Source of the DNA: Podarcis gaigeae
Taxonomy: Eukaryota
NCBI GenBank assembly: GCA_964106915.2
Contig: OZ066915.1
Length of the DNA: 64,000 bases
Direction: 5' to 3' (one strand)
Below the pieces are notes generated by a model that saw only the letters and a program-made list of their open reading frames with translations, searched no databases and had not been told where the DNA came from. Shown piece after piece: positions 62,501-64,000 of this stretch. Both the position numbers and the translations under genes were made by a program. Within the stretch, counting starts at the first letter, position 1. The number at the start of each line of letters is the position of its first letter.

Positions 62501-64000
62501 TTAAACAATAAATACATATAGGCATTCAAGGGTTATTATTACTGACCCCCATGTATCCCAATCAGTCAAAAAGTAATGGTAGCTGTGTTGACCCATAAGA
62601 ATTCCAAAGTCCATATTAGAAACTGCAGTGTTAAGTGGTATGTAAATTTCTGAAATAAATAAAACAAGCAAAGCATAATTGGGAAAACCTTTAAGTGGAG
62701 AAAGCCAAATTATTTCCCTGCCTTGGACCCTATTGTCTCATTGAAAAGGAAGCAAAATTAATTTCTGGCTGGGGATAGCAAAACAGTTTGAGCCACCTAT
62801 GGCTCCAAGGTTTGCCAAGGAAGAGCAATATGAGATGCAACATGCCTTACAAAAGAGGGAAGCTATTCTTATTATACAAGCACCTGGCGATAAAACAGTG
62901 CAATTAAGTTTTCATTATCAAAGAAAGTGAAATACTAGTACTGAAATTTCATTGCTAGCCAATATTCTCATGATGCCCTTATTCAAGGAGAAAACAAGGA
63001 AGTACTTTAAAGGAAATGTTAATACTGTGTTGAAAAGATTCCACACCTGAGAAGCAAATATAAATACAGTGCAGGAGGTGGTTTCTGAATAGAGTACGTG
63101 GTTTTTCAGTGTGAACTGTCATTGTGTAAAAAGGATGTGCCCTATCTTGATTTGGGTTACCCTGTCAAATATGAAATGACTTTTCTCTTTGCCCTTGATT
63201 GTGTTGTTAAAAGGTAAACACAATCAAAGGTAGTGGCATGGGGTGAAAGAATCCCTTGAAATGGCATTGTGCTTCTGTGAATGATGCGAAGAATATATGT
63301 ATTTTCCCTCCTTTTCTTCAAATATTTTTTTCCCTTATTGGATCAAAATATTTTCAACTGGATACCAGATACACATTTACATACTATTTAAATTTCATGC
63401 CAATTTTCTTATTTAAAAGTATGGGATGGATTTTTGAATGTGAAAACTGAAATAGACCAGAAATGCACTGATCCATCCTTATTTTGCAGTGCATTAAAGT
63501 GCTGTCCTGCCCGCCATTCAGCCTTCTCGATAAGCAACAGTGACCTGCCTGCCAGAGAACTAGCTAGTATAGTGGCTTTGCCTCACCTTGAGAGAGACTT
63601 CTTATTCTTATTCTAAAACTAATGGAGCAAACAACAACAACAACAACAAAAACCCTCAAATCAATCAGGAATGACACTGGAGACATTTTGATCGAGTGGG
63701 AGACACCCACTAAGGGAAGAGGAAAAGAGGTTTTTTTTGTGTGGATTCCCCTCCCTGCAACCCCCAGCACTCCAATAATCTGTTTTGAGGGACCCCAACT
63801 ATGTAGAACAGATTTCTGGATAGGTGTAGGGGAAAGGGGACATCAGCAAAAGTCACTTCCCCCAGTCCTCTTTTGGGGATGCATCTGAAGCAACAGTGCG
63901 TGGTGGACTAATTGGACCTCACCCTATATATGCCTAGTTCTGTAGATGTAATTGTAAGATTAGGACTCTAGGGCCCCAAAATTGGGTGCTTTCTACACAC

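Overview
This is eukaryotic, CpG-depleted, AT-rich vertebrate DNA. It is almost certainly from a squamate, probably a lacertid lizard, because it carries seven Sauria-type tRNA-derived SINEs and their BovB/RTE partner LINE. I found no intact protein-coding gene: the ORF track is explained by microsatellites, a VNTR, decayed retroelements and chance, so the window reads as a long intron or gene desert. It is densely populated by transposable elements: decayed L1 ORF2 pieces, CR1, L2 and Rex/Babar fragments, solo LTRs, a DIRS/Ngaro-like repeat, one Tc1/pogo MITE and many hAT MITEs, several with clear target-site duplications (TSDs) and nested insertions. The most notable items are: (1) a 1.6 kb non-autonomous hAT element (43595-45191, perfect 8 bp TSD) carrying a promoter/first-exon-like cassette between two direct repeats, plus a 13-mer pyrimidine-rich VNTR; (2) a 124 bp Penelope-like insertion whose 5' end is a minimal type I hammerhead ribozyme (48788-48823); (3) two CTCF-like motifs inside MITEs; (4) an unclassified poly(A)-tailed insert and candidate non-coding exons or conserved non-coding elements. 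All family assignments come from motif recognition by eye, with no database search.
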